Assembly (NCBI GenBank): GCA_024679065.1
Contig: JAGIQG010000032.1
Span: forward strand, 13,144,001 to 13,208,000
Length of the DNA: 64,000 nt
Direction of reading: 5' to 3'
Source of the DNA: Sphyrna mokarran
Lineage: Eukaryota
Shown here: positions 51,645 through 64,000 of the stretch, in pieces
How the letters are laid out: each line of letters begins with the position of its first letter
Numbering within the stretch: position 1 is the stretch's first letter
Program-made: the position numbers and the translations under genes
Notes under the pieces: generated by a model
Database searches by the model: none
What the model saw: the letters and a program-made list of their open reading frames with translations, nothing else
What the model was told of the DNA's origin: nothing

Positions 51645-53205
51645 ACAAAGGAAAACACGCTGCCAGAGGAGGTGGTTGAGATGGCTACAGTTACAACATT
51701 TAAGAGATATTTGGACATATATAAATAGATGAAGTTTAGAGGGATATGGGCCAAACACAGGTGAGACTAGTCACAGAGATACACAGCATGGAAACAGGCT
51801 TTTAGGCCTAGCTTATCCATGCTGACCAGTTTCCTAAGCTGAACTAGTCCCACCTGTATTTGGCCCATATCCCTCTAAACTCTATCTATTCATATATCTG
51901 TCCAAATGTCTCTTAAATGTTGTAATTGTACCTGTCTCCATCACCTCCTGTGGCAGCTTATTCCATATACGCTCCACCTTCTGTGTGAAAAAGTTGCCCC
52001 TCAGATCCCTCTTAAATTTTTCCCATTTCATCTTAAACCTATGCCCTCCGGTTTTAGACTCCATTACCCTGGGGAAAACACTTTAGCTAATCATTTTATC
52101 TGTCCCCCTCATGATTTTATAAACCTCTATATGGTCACCTCTCATTCCCCTTATGCTCCAGGGAAAATAGCGCCAGCCTATCCGGCCTCTCCTTATAATT
52201 CAAACCTTCTAGTCCCGGTAACACTCTTGTAAATCCTTTTTGCACCCTGTCCTGTTTAGTAACGTCTTTGCTATAGCAGGGTGAGCAGAATTGTATGCAT
52301 TACTCCAAATATGGCCTTACCAATGTCTTGTGCAGTTATAACATAACTCCAATACTCCTGTATTCACTGCTTTGATAGATGAAGGAGAAAATGCCATCTT
52401 CACCAGCCTGTCTACCTGGAATTATACACCTGCACCTGTAGGCTTCTCTGTTCGACAACACTCATCAGGGCCCTACCATTAACTGTGTAAGTCCTGCCCT
52501 GATTTGTCTTACCAAAATACAACACCTCGCATTTATCTGAACTAAAATCCATCTGCCGTTCCTCAGCCCCTTGGCCCCATTGGCCAAGATCCTTTTGTAG
52601 TCTTACAAAACCTTCACCGTCTACTACACCACTAATTTTGTTGTCATTCTAAAACTTCTATCCTGCTTCCTATATTCTTATTCATATTATTTATTCAAAT
52701 GACAAACGATATCAGCACCGATCCCCGTTGGTCACAGGCCTCCATTCTGAAAAACAATCGTCTACCACCACCCTATGTCTCTTACTGGAAAGCAAATTTT
52801 GTATCTATTGGATAGTTCTCCCTGGATCCTAAGTGATCTAACCTTATTACCCAGTCTATCATGCAGTATCTTGTTGAAGGCCTCACTGAAGTTCAAATAG
52901 GCAACATCTACCACACTGCCCTTATCTATTTTCTTGATTGCTCCTTCAAAAAGCTCTATCAAATTTGTAACGCATTTCCCACACACAAAACCGTGTTGAC
53001 TGTTCCGAGTCAGACCTTGCCTTTCCAAATGTATGTAGATCCTGTCTCTCAAAATCTTGTCCTGCAACTTAGTCACCACTGACATTAGTTTGTAGTTCCC
53101 TGACTTTTCCCTGCCACCTTTGTCAAATAAGGGCACAACATTTGCCTCCCTCCAGTCTTCCATCACCTCATCCGTTGTTGTTGATGATGCAAACATCTCC
53201 GCTAG
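51645..53205 (-). mobile_element. CR1 (HER1-like) LINE 3' portion, preceded by an opposite-strand CR1 3' end (51645-51771)
   Basis: Minus ORFs EDWREANVVPLFDKGGREKSGNY..NSQHGFVCGKCVTNLIELFE..VDVAYLNFSEAFNK and GHRFKMKWEKFKRDLRGNFFTQKVERIWNKLPQEV. Confidence 0.9.
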
Positions 53206-56200
53206 TCCACTGCACAATGAAAGAACACTCAAGATTTTGATGCCATGAATGAATAGATCCTAATAAATACATTAACTGGATTGAGATGACGGGTAAGTGA
53301 GATCTTATGGCTAAATGAGATGCTTGCAGACACCTGCGAAATCCCTCGACTTGGCGCCAGATTTAAGTCGCCATCAGGAAAGAGGAAATTCACGCCACAG
53401 AAATTGCTAGATCTTTTGTAGGCAGCTTTCTTCAAGGTCATTGGAGAGTGCTGCTGCTTCACAGTTGCCATCCAACTCGATATAGCAAAATTGCACTTAT
53501 TTATAGCCCATTGTGCTAAATATTTTGGAGCACATATTGATGCTGGAATTAAAATCATGTGCTTGGAAATCTATTGTCAGAATATTTTCTGATGCGTCCG
53601 TTTGTAGAAAGATTAGTTGGTGATCCTTGCTTCAAACTTTGTGGAACTGTGTTTGCTTTTTCCTTATTACAACTTCATTTTGCTCCATCTTCTATTGACA
53701 TTTGAAATTTTAAATACATGGTTGGGGTTTGTTACAATTTTTGTATATGTGACATTTGATTTACTGGTTTCATAAATTCTGTGATGTCACTAGACTTGCA
53801 CAACCAATCATTTGATATTCTTGATATTGTTCAGGAAGTAAAAGGAAAGCAGTGCAGTAAACACCAATAAATACCAACCTTCATACACTTATTATTTATA
53901 CAGTACCTCATAGAACTCTTGTTAAATGTGAAAGAATTTATTGTTAACACGAATGCTGGAATACTCATGAGGAAGACGTCAACTGAATAATTTAAAATAT
54001 GCAGCCAATTTTAAATGTATTTTGTTACAAATGACAATGAAGTACAAATCTGTGATTTCATAAAGAAAATTCTCTGAGGTCTATGGCAATTCATTTAAGA
54101 TTCTTTAAAATGTCTAAATTATGGCCTGTTCATACAGATGGATGAAATGATGTATCTAAATCCTGATCAGTACCCTGTACCATCCTCAGGTCAGATAGAT
54201 TATAAAAACCTGTTGTTTTCCCTTGTGTTTGAAATAATGGAGTCACTAATCTACTTGATCTACATGAATTAGCTAAAAAGAAAGTGAGTGATGCGTATAT
54301 TTCAAAGATAGAAGGCACTTGTAAAAGCAATTTCTTTGGGAAAAATACTGCACAGTCTTTTAATGAGTACTAATTACCAGAGCAGAAAATGTTGGAGGCT
54401 TCAATGGATTTACATCACTGAATGAAAGATCAAAGATTGTGGCACTTGCATTTTAATCTGTTGGCTAAAAAAAATGAATAGGGTGGTGGTAATGGGGCCC
54501 ATGAGAATGACAACACAGGTGGTAGGGACTTTAATCCGTTCTTTATTGCTGAAGCCCTAGGCCTACTCACAATTATATAATCAGCCATTTTTATTTCAAC
54601 TTCATGTTCAAATATTGAGATTGTTTCTTGCCTAGGGTGAAAAGACTTGAAATTGCACATAGCGATATGAAAGACCACTTAGCCTTTGTACTTTAAAGCC
54701 TAACTTGTGAAATTTTACTTTGTTGGGTTAAAATACTTTTCTGTGAAGGAGTGGGGGAGGGGTGAGGTAGTTAACATGCTTTGATGTATTCTGATGTAGC
54801 GAGTGGTTTAATAGAAGCAATTGGCAAAGTTGTGCCAATGACATTGGTCAAATACAATTGATCAGAGGAATAGAAGTGATAATTTCTCCGTATTATTCAG
54901 CGTGTTGCTGTTAGAGTCAAACTAACTACCTGTAGTTGTTTTGCCCCATCAAGAAGAGTCAGCCCTTGTGACAAAATGTGAAACAACAAATACTGGTAAT
55001 TTGTAAAAGGGAATATATTGGTAATAAGGATTATCCGAATAGAGTCACTACAACAAAGACTTGTTCAGCAGAGTTGCACTTTCAAAAAAATAGCTATCAA
55101 CCTCTGCAGACACTGACTCCCCATCTTTGATAGCGTAGTGTAGAGGGTCATAAACTTAACTGACAGTCCCCATCAGGTCACTCAAAAGCAATGTTAGAAA
55201 CAAAGTTAGTAAGGGCCTGGGTCAAGCCATGCTCTAAAGTCAGTGTTGTCAAAAGCCTCAGTCACATTCATACCTACAGGCAACCTCTGCTGATCCTGAG
55301 TCATTAATCAAACTGCAGAGCCAGTCTGACCCTGGCTCCTTCCCTTTGAAGTGTAGTGTCTTTTCCAGCATGAGGAAATAATTTGCTGCCTGATTCAATG
55401 AGCCATCAGTGGAGCCAGCAGACCTAATGACATGTGAGAATATTAACCTCCTACCATGAAGAGCTGTGAATCTTGAGAGGCAGTCTATAATTCACCCAGT
55501 GCACCGGAGGCACTCTGTCTCACAGTCCCTGTGACAGAACTTTGTTTTTATTCCTGCTTTTTTCTTCTGCAACTTTGCCATCAAGATTTTTAAAATAGAT
55601 CTAATCTCACTCTTTTCTCACATCTCATTTCAACGGCAGTCTCTTGCTTCTGCACTTTTATTAAGTTTATTAAAACCAGTTGAATCCTACTTTTTTATGG
55701 CAGGGCTCTGTTTGCCCATTCATTATGGTCTCTTATCTTGGCAGGCAATCAGAACTGAAAGGCAGCTAGTCCATTATGCACATATGAAGCCCATCACTCC
55801 TTCAGCATTTGCCAATTCATCAAACATTTATCATTTGCCCTCTGAACAGCATGTCAATTTGCCTGTCACTCCCCAGTCTGTGCTGCTTTGTTTGAATCTA
55901 AACATTGCCTTTTCACACTGGTGTAGACCTATCCTTATAACACATCGCCCCCTCCCTTTTTTAAAAAAGTCTCTTTGGTGCCCAGCAGGGAGGGCAGTTG
56001 CCACTGCCTGTTGTATGCAACATTTTTGTAAGATAATGAGGGTGAAGTGTGAGCCATAGGCAATGATTCTGGGATATTAGGTATGACAGGGAGCTTGATC
56101 ATAATTATCTTAACGAGGATAGGGTTAATTACAGTGGAAACTTAAAGTTCTTTCCATTTGAATCGGTCAGAATAAAATGCATTTTGATGTTTTGTCATCT

Positions 56201-57606
56201 TGATGTGACTTTGGAAATTGCAATGTAAATCTCTTGGCTATGCTGGGATTCCTTTGGGAGAATGGTGTGAGCCCTGCAGTGAGATAAAGGAGATAGTACC
56301 TGTGGGTGAGATAATGGGCAGCTTTCAGGTCATTAGAGCAGTGTGAATGAAAGACACAGTAGGAAAATAACATTGCTCATCAGCTTTCCAACAAAATCTG
56401 TGCAAAAACAATGATCAGTCATTATGATTTATTTTGTTTCAACTATGTGGTGAGAAAATGTGAAAACATCAAGGAAGAAAGGGCAGACCTTTACATAAGA
56501 TGGGGATTTCTGTAGGAAACTGTTGACACCTACAATTGCCCTTCTTTTCATTTACCCCCACCCCACTTCTCTTGGCTTACAGTTGTGAATTTAGCTGATT
56601 AAATCACAAAGTGCATATTGAGCTGATGACATGAAGACAACAATTAATAAGAAAGCCCTTGTGTGATGCAGCTCCTTTTAACTGAGCAGCTAATAACATT
56701 ACATGGCAAAATTATCAAAATCAGACAGGTGTAAGGGGATTTGTTTGGCCTGTTTCTGATGCTAAAGCAAGCTTTAATATTGAGCCTGGCCGTTTCAATA
56801 GGCAACTCCCTCTAGTGTTCCAGAGCCTTTGTCCACTTCATGCTCTGTCATTTTGTTTTATTCTTTCCTTGAAGCATTTAGATATATTTTTTCCATTTGC
56901 CAGTTCCAATTCATTTTCTGATTCTTGTGATAAGAATATTCTATTTACTTAGCATTATTTGTTTAAACAATAGTTTTTAATGTTTAAATATACTAGAACA
57001 TGAGCTATTGGTTGCTTATAAGCCAACGAGTTTCCTAAATAGACTTTCCAGGTGCAGAAAGGTGAAGAGGGAGGTTTCTCATTGGTAACAGAAGTCTCAT
57101 ATAATAAATATCACATTTAATTTTATTTCTTCATCTCTTCAGATTGCACAATGGTCAGATTTGATGGTAAAACTAGATTCATTAGCTGCACAGGAATGAT
57201 ATTTGGACTGAATGATGGATGACAACTTAAATTTGTGTCCAGGGAATGAAGGTGAACTGTGACAGAGTTATTTATCTTGGGAATGAAGGTTTGGGTCAGG
57301 GAAGGCTGGGTGCCTCAAGGCACAAGACATTGACAAATTCATCCTGTAGGCCGCATATCTGAAGCCTTTTGTTTTAGATCCTGGCTACTCACTAAGTGAC
57401 CCCCATCCTTCATCCTGCCAGAGTGTGAAAAATGTGAGCCTGTGCCAGTTCTCTCTCTGATACTAATTCTTGTCATTCATTCGCTTGTTAGGCTAAAACC
57501 AAAACTTTCCAGTTCACGAAAGGGAAGGTTGAAATATTTATTTCTGTGGATAGTGGCCTTCCTGATTTAGTAGCATATCATTTTTCTTGTTCCCTTATTG
57601 TCACAG

Positions 57607-57733
57607 GTCATTGGAAGGACTGGAAGAATTCATCTGCCTGGAAGAGCTAATCCTGGACAACAATCTTCTCAGAAATGACCTGAAGTTGCCTAGGTTACCT
57701 CACCTTCACACTCTGACAATCAACAAGAACCAA
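57607..57733 (+). CDS. LRMDA: Internal coding exon (127 nt) of leucine-rich melanocyte differentiation-associated protein (C10orf11)
   Basis: Polypyrimidine tract plus acceptor (tttttcttgttcccttattgtcacAG, AG at 57605-57606). The exon reads (R)[42 protein letters not shown], two LRR units matching the recalled human LRMDA segment [43 protein letters not shown]. It ends at a U12-type donor ATATCCT. Confidence 0.95.
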
Positions 57734-58843
57734 ATATCCTCTTACACAATGACATTGCAAATTATGTAACATTTAATTTAGAGGAAATCAATTGAAATTT
57801 TATTCATGTACATATTGTGTTCTCTTCATTGGCGGGCATACCAGAAATTAAGAAGTGGCACGTTAATTCATAAACTTAAATCATCAGTTTGGAATTGTTT
57901 TGTAGTCATTAAAGGAAAAAAAGGCTCTTTTTTTAAAGGAATGCAGGAGTTTGTCTTGGATGGAAGGGGGCCCTCTGCTGGAATAATAATGAACAAGATA
58001 AATTCAGGTCCATGGAGAATACTAAATGGATGAAGAACAAGAAATTGGCACTATTGCATATAAATGATGTTCGTTGCAATGCATACTTGAATTATATTGG
58101 GATAATTATATGTGGGATTTCCATTGGATAATTCTAAAAGGAAGAGGGAACATTAAAGAAATAGTCACAAATATGCTTTCAAAAATACAGAAGATGACCT
58201 CCAATTTCCATGGACCTTTTAACTGAAGTATTGCAATAAACACTCTTCACGTTATGGCATTTGTAAGCCCCTTAAAATACCCTCACAAAAGGCAATTTTT
58301 GCTGTCTTTTAAATTAACAAAGCCCTGCAGAGTCAATGAAAGTTCAGCAATGTTGACTTTCAGAATTTACTGGAGATATAATTCTGACTGTACAAAGTAT
58401 CAGCCAACCATTTATATTCTTGTGGGGAAATAAGGCTGTTATTGTTTGTCACTGTAGACTCATTTTACAATGGACTGAATGTATTTGTGATGGATGTAGT
58501 GTGAAGTAACTGTTTGTTTCCTTGTTGGAAAAGTTTCAGTTTCAACAATTGCTTACCATTTAGCCACACAACATCCATCATTTTGTCAATGTTTTAAATG
58601 TTTCACACTGAAGCTTTGAAAGAAAGTGAACTAAAAAGAGGGACATTCTTTCAATATATGCCAAAATTCTGACATGTGTTAGCTGTGAATTGCCCCTTAA
58701 ACAATAACTTTGACAAGTCTTGAGTGCTGCAGTAAATTTGATTGTCAGTTTCTGATGTATATGATTTTGTTTTACCTATGACTGCTTCCCTATAAATGCT
58801 TTTTCATTAATGTGATTGAATCCTTAACCGTGACCTTTGACAC
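57734..58843 (+). other. LRMDA: U12-type (minor spliceosome) AT-AC intron, 1110 nt, phase 0
   Basis: 5' end ATATCCTCT (57734-57742), branch site TCCTTAAC (58821-58828) and 3' end ...gacAC (58842-58843). Removing the intron joins ...NKNQ to ITELDSLL... in frame. Confidence 0.95.
58821..58828 (+). promoter_or_regulatory. U12 branch-point sequence TCCTTAAC
   Basis: Exact match to the U12 branch consensus; 13 nt separate it from the terminal AC, with no strong polypyrimidine tract between. Confidence 0.92.
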
Positions 58844-58983
58844 ATAACTGAATTAGACAGCCTTTTGGATCATTTAGCTGAAGTGGTGCCTTGGCTTAAG
58901 TACCTCAGCCTCCTTGGAAATGAAGCCTGCCCCAATGAACTTGTTAGCTTGGACAACGATGAAAGTGATTACCAAAGATACAG
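58844..58983 (+). CDS. LRMDA: Next coding exon (140 nt) of LRMDA
   Basis: Reads [46 protein letters not shown](R), matching the recalled human [47 protein letters not shown]. It ends at a canonical donor AG|GTTAGT (GT at 58984). Confidence 0.95.
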
Positions 58984-60149
58984 GTTAGTTGTACTTGTTG
59001 CTAAGAGATAAATGCAGTTACCTGATAAATGTCTTTCAGTTATCTGCAGGAAAAATGTATAAAGATATCTGTGGTGTTACTATTGTTTGATGTTTCTTAA
59101 CTTTCAGCTCATATACCAGCGATTAATCATTTAAATGATAGGCATAACCTGAAAACATTATTCAGTGGCAAATATGCATGGTTCATTTTGTGCTGTCAAA
59201 AAAAGACATATACAACCCACAAGCTTTATAATATGATATAATATTTATCGCATGTCACCAAGCTGCAGATAAGAAAAGAAGCACGTCTAAAATACTGCTG
59301 CTAAACTTTATACTCTTAAATTAAATAGTGGTTCAAACTTCTTGTGAAGATTATAGTAAGGCTTTTGCATAGCTTTTGTTTTAATGTAGAAAAAGAGAAC
59401 GTTGAGTTCTAAAAGAAAAGGCTTAAATTGAAAATACAAGTATGTAGCCATCATGATGTTAGATTATTGAATCAAAGCAAATGGGCCTTCTCTGTGCTTA
59501 TATTATTTGTGCTTTGCAGTAGCAGTAAACTACATCGACATTGCAAATAGCAACACAAGTGAAGTTTCATCACAATATAATAAATTTATCTTATTATGGG
59601 AACAAATTTAAATCTATGATTTTGTCACGAGCATGCTCATTTGCATAAGTAAGATCCACAAACCTGTACACGCTTGGACCTTAAAAGTAATCTTACATTT
59701 TTTTTGTTAAAGTACTTATCTTATTCTTTTGCCCATGTTATGTGTTCAGTGTTATTGTGCATAGTTTCATTACCAAACTGCCATCATATTTTGGCTCAAT
59801 TCCAGCCGCCTTCCCCAACCTTTGTCCTCAATGGGAGTAAGTTCTTTACGTATCTTGCCAAAATTGTCTTTTAAGTGTATACTTGACCTCAGTAGTATCT
59901 TTCATTAAGAGACTTGGATCTTTTCAAAATTTACAAAAAATAACTTCTTTAAAATGTTAGCAAGTTAAAGTTTTAAGCTTCTGGGCCGTACAAACCATTC
60001 TACTGCTAACTGTGCTGAAATTGCTAATCTTCACTGGGGCATTGGCAGGATCCTCTAATTGGGCTGATTATTTCTGGTGTCATGGTGAGGAAAACCGATC
60101 AGGATTCTTCATTTTGTGCACAGCTTAAATTTGTGTCAGTCCCTATTTT

Positions 60150-62230
60150 TTATTCATTTTTCATGATGTGGATTGCTGGCTAGGCCAACATTTATTGCCC
60201 ATTCCTAATTGCCCTTCAGAAGGTGTTGGTAAGCTGATTTTGTGAACCACTGCAGTGCCTGAGGTGTAGATATGCCCACAATGATTTTGATCCATCAACA
60301 GCAAAGGAACGGTAATATATTTCCAAGTCAGGACAGTGAGTGAATTAGAGGAGAACCTCCAGACGGTGTCCCAGGCATCTTTTGCTCTTGTCCTTCTAGG
60401 TGGTAGTAGTCATGGCTTTGGAAAATGCTGCCTATGGAACCTTGGTGAGTTCCTGCACTGCAGATAATACACATAACTGCCACTGGTCAAGGGATTGAAT
60501 GTTTATGAGCGGCACAGTGGTTAGTGCTACTGCCTGACAGTGCCATGGACCCGGGTTAGATTCCTGGCTTAGGTCACTGTCTGTGAGGAGTTTGCACGTT
60601 CTCTTGTGTCTGCATGGGTTTCCTCCGGGTGCTCCTCCCATGTCCAAAGATGTGTGGATTAGCTTGATTGGCCACACTAAATTTCCCCTAATGTCAGGAC
60701 GTTTAGTAGGGTAAATATGTGGGGCTGTGGGGATGGAGCCTGGGTGGGATTGTGGTTGGCATAGACTCGATGGGCCGAATCATCTCCTCTTGCACTGCAC
60801 GGATTCTTTGGGTACCAATCAGGTAGGTTGCTTTGTCTTGGACAGTGTTGAACTTCTAAAGCTGCACTCATCCAAGCAAGTGGAGAATATTCCATCACAT
60901 TCCTGACTTGTGCTTTGTAGATGGCAGATTGGCTTTGGGGGGGGGTGGCAAGAGATAAATTACTCATTGCCAGATTCCTAGCCTTTGACTTGCTGTGGTA
61001 GCCACAGTATTTTTATGGCTAGTTCAGTTCATTTCTGGTCAATGGTAATCCCCGGGATGTTGATAGTGGGAGATTCAGCAATGGTAATGCCATTCAATTT
61101 CATGGGGCAATAGTTAGATCCTTTCTTTTTGGAAATGGTCATTGTCTGGCACTTGTGTGGTACAAATGTTACTTGCCATTATTAGCCTAAGCCAGAATGT
61201 TGTCCAGATCTTGCTGCATTTGGACATGAACTGCTTCTGTGTCTGAGGAATTGTGAATAGTGCTAAATATTGTGCCATCATCTGTGAACATCTCCACTTA
61301 TGACCTTATGTTGGGAGGTTATTGATGAAATAGCTGAAGATGGTTGAACCTACTATACCACCCTGAGAAATTCTTGCAGTAATGTCCTGGAGTTGAGATG
61401 ATCAACCTTTAATCACCACAACCATTTTCCTTTGTGCTCAGTATAACTCTAACCAGCACATGGCCTTTGCGGCACCCAGTCCACTTTGAGTGAATCGAAT
61501 TGGCTGAACATTGATATCTGTGCTGCTGGGGACCTCTGGATGTGGCAGGACTGCAGAGCTTAGATCTGATCAATTTGTTATGGAATTTCTTATCTCTGTC
61601 ATTTCTTGCAGCTTATGTTGTTTGGCATGCAAGTTGTCCTATGTTGTAGCTTCACCAGTTTGACATCTCATTCTTGGGTTTGCCTGGAGTTGCTTCTAGC
61701 CTGCTCTCCTGCATTTTTTTGAACTGTGGTTGGCCTCTGGCTTAGAGGTAATGGCAGAGTGAGGGATATACCAGGCCATGACATTGGAAATTGTAGTTGA
61801 GTACAATTCTACTGTTGCTGATGACCATCAGAGCCTCATGGATGCCCAGTCTTGAGTTGCTGAATCTGTTTGAAGTCTATTCCATTTAGTACAGTAGTAG
61901 TACCACACACCTCAAGAGAGGGTATCGCACTCACACTGTGAAGTTGGGTCCACAAGGTCAATGCAGTGATCATTCCTACGAATGGGCAGATGCATCTATG
62001 GCAAGCAGGCCAGTAAGGATGAGGTCAAGCATGTTTTTCCTTCTAGTTACTTCCCTCACTACTTGCTGCAGTCCCAATCTAGCAGCTATGTCCTTTAGAA
62101 TCTGGCCAGCTCTGTCTGTGGTTGTACAGCCAAGCCACTCTTGCTGATGTGCATTGAAGTTCCTTACCCAGAGTACATTCTGAACCCTTGCCACCCTTGG
62201 TGCTTCCTCCAAACAAGTGTTCCCTGTGGA
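60150..62230 (-). mobile_element. CR1/L2-group LINE remnant (APE endonuclease, partial RT and 3' tail), internally deleted
   Basis: Minus ORFs NVLWVRNFNAHQQEWLG..LGLQQVVREVTRRKNMLDLILT (endonuclease) and IYKAQVRNVMEYSPLAWMSA; the 3' tail is at 60150-60230. Confidence 0.85.
60508..60808 (+). mobile_element. HE1-like V-SINE nested in the LINE
   Basis: gcggcacagtggttagtgctactgcctgacag..ggacccgggttagattcc..ggagtttgcacgttctc..gactcgatgggccgaa. Confidence 0.85.
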
Positions 62231-62559
62231 GGGTCTTGTAAGGCAAGGGCACAGCTGCGATGTGACCTCTGGTAAAACAGTCTGCTAATACTGTCTTGGC
62301 TCACATGTGAACATCGGCCACTTGAATGAGACCTGAAGGATGCATAGCACCCAGGTTTGTGGGCCAGTGGGGAGGTGGGGTAATAGGTAAAAAAACAGCA
62401 GGGAGAGGAAGAAAGGAGAAAATTAATGGAAGGAGAATAAAAATTAATGAAAAGAGAACAGACAGGAAGGGAAAATGGGATTCAAAAAGTATAATCAAAT
62501 ACATAGCCTTGGCTGTGTATGAAGTTGATTATTTATTCTGATATTTCTTTTTTAAGCAA

Positions 62560-63050
62560 GTAACAAATGTGGGGACATGAGCTTTCTGAAAGGCTTGACA
62601 AGATATCAGGCAGGAGAAAATTGGAGAGAATAGAATAGAATTGAGGGAAGGATTGCAAGTTGGATTTCAAAATTGATAAGAAAGGATGTAAAAGAGATTA
62701 GAAGTTAAGGACTATTTAAAAGAGTGATTGAAAATGTCAGTTGTATCCATAGGCTTAGGTTCTAGGACCACTTTTGTTCATCACGTATGTCAGTTATTTG
62801 GATATAAAGCAGTATAGGGAGTAGTGCCCAAATTTGTATGAGAATACAAAACATCGCCAGAACTAAAGGAGGCTAAAAGTAACTGACAAATGGATTTCAG
62901 TATTTAGTGAGCTTCAACTGGTATGTCTGGTTGAAAAAAGTGCAAACAGCAAGTATATTTGAGTGATGATGATTTGGTGGAATCGATGGATTTTAGAGGG
63001 GTTTAAGATCACAAGATCTTAAACCAATACCTGAAGTGCAAAAAGTGAAT
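62560..63050 (+). mobile_element. Highly decayed CR1 RT fragment
   Basis: ctttctgaaaggcttgacaag, ggttctaggaccacttttgttcatcacgtatgtcagttatttgga (cf. GSVLGPLLF.IY..DL) and aaatttgtatga (cf. KFADD). Confidence 0.5.
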
Positions 63051-64000
63051 AAATTAATGATTTGTTTTATCATGATAACTTTCAGATATAGTGTTGACTC
63101 ACATATGAGGAACGCTTGCACACATTTTTTTGTTAGTGTACAGGCTAAATGTTCCAGATGGCACTACTATTTGAAACCATTTCTTCTCATCAGTACCATC
63201 ATAAAAGTTTATTAATGAGTTTCTAAACTATTTAGCAAAGGATTTTTTTTTCTTGGATGAATAATTTTCTACCATGTTTATTGATGATGCTGAGTCATGA
63301 GGCTGAATTTTATATTGTGAAAGTGGAGCTGATGTCATTCTGCAGAAATGGAATATCCAGCTTCTGAACCCAATGTTATCATGGCAGCTGTGCAATAATA
63401 CATTTGATGGGCAGGCCCCAAAATCGACAGCCTGCTTTCCATTCTGAAATTGATCATTAAAGACTGTTAAAGCTAGTTACCTGTCCAACTAACTACAAAA
63501 AAACATTCTAGTGCTAAATTTGAATGGCGCATGACCAATGGAAAGCACAATTTCTTTCAGGGTTTCATGAAAGCTTAGATATATAGGCTGGAAGTGGGCA
63601 AGTCCAAACTTGCATTTAGCAGGAGAATATGTTGATATTAATTTCTTACAGAATTCTTTGGTGTCCATAAACCTCTGATCAGAATCGGGTTTAACCCTCA
63701 GGGGAATGTTCAGAAATTTGATGTTCCTGTCATCTTTAAGCAGCTCGTGGTGATAAACAGTGTCCCCGTGGGCACCATACGTTCTGTGGGAGGTACCTCC
63801 TTCAATGAAGACGAGAAGGGAAGGAGAAGGCCAGCTGTCCAGAACAGCAGCAGGCATTAGTTTGCAGAAGGTATAGAAGTTGATGAGGAATCAGGGGTTG
63901 TAGAGAAGAGGCAAGAACAGGCATAGCTTTTTGGACATAGGCAAAGATAGTATCCTGCCAATTGCACTTACAGGGCGTGAATGCTATCTTCACACCTACT

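Larger units (their letters stand above)
1..57606 (+). other. LRMDA: 3' part of a very large LRMDA intron (>57 kb)
   Basis: No upstream LRMDA exon recognised in 1-57606. The exon at 57607 starts mid-codon, so an upstream exon is required. LRMDA is known for giant introns. Confidence 0.7.

Noticed and set aside
57587-57769. Stand-alone 60-aa LRR ORF as listed in the ORF track
   Set aside because: It is an internal LRMDA exon plus read-through into the flanking introns; the real boundaries are 57607-57733.
63489-63993. 122-aa and 63-aa minus-strand ORFs, or a further LRMDA exon
   Set aside because: No recognisable domain, and the expected next LRMDA peptide (CFVLYKLPNLKFLD-like) was not found in 58984-64000.

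Overview
Eukaryotic genomic DNA, most likely a cartilaginous fish (shark), judged from HE1/V-type tRNA SINEs, CR1-group LINEs and Penelope-type termini. The only host protein-coding sequence I can support is two + strand exons (57607-57733 and 58844-58983) of LRMDA (C10orf11). They are joined by a 1110-nt minor-spliceosome (U12-type) AT-AC intron with a textbook branch site. Everything upstream appears to be one giant LRMDA intron containing decayed retroelements (CR1-group and Rex1/Babar LINEs, two Gypsy remnants, solo-LTR-like pieces), a dead Harbinger transposase and repeat-free blocks that look like conserved enhancers. The most unusual object is at ~37105-37625. It is a CpG-rich chimeric retroposon in which the 3' end of 28S rRNA is fused to a V-domain SINE whose tRNA/Pol III head has decayed, followed by a CR1-type tail: a candidate 28S-headed SINE. 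Other points of note are two near-perfect local templated duplications (25.8-27.7 kb), a Pbx-Hox/Meis motif cluster at 22.3-22.7 kb and several strong hairpins. Repeat-family names and the LRMDA and 28S comparisons come from recalled consensus sequences, not from database searches, and most repeat boundaries are approximate.
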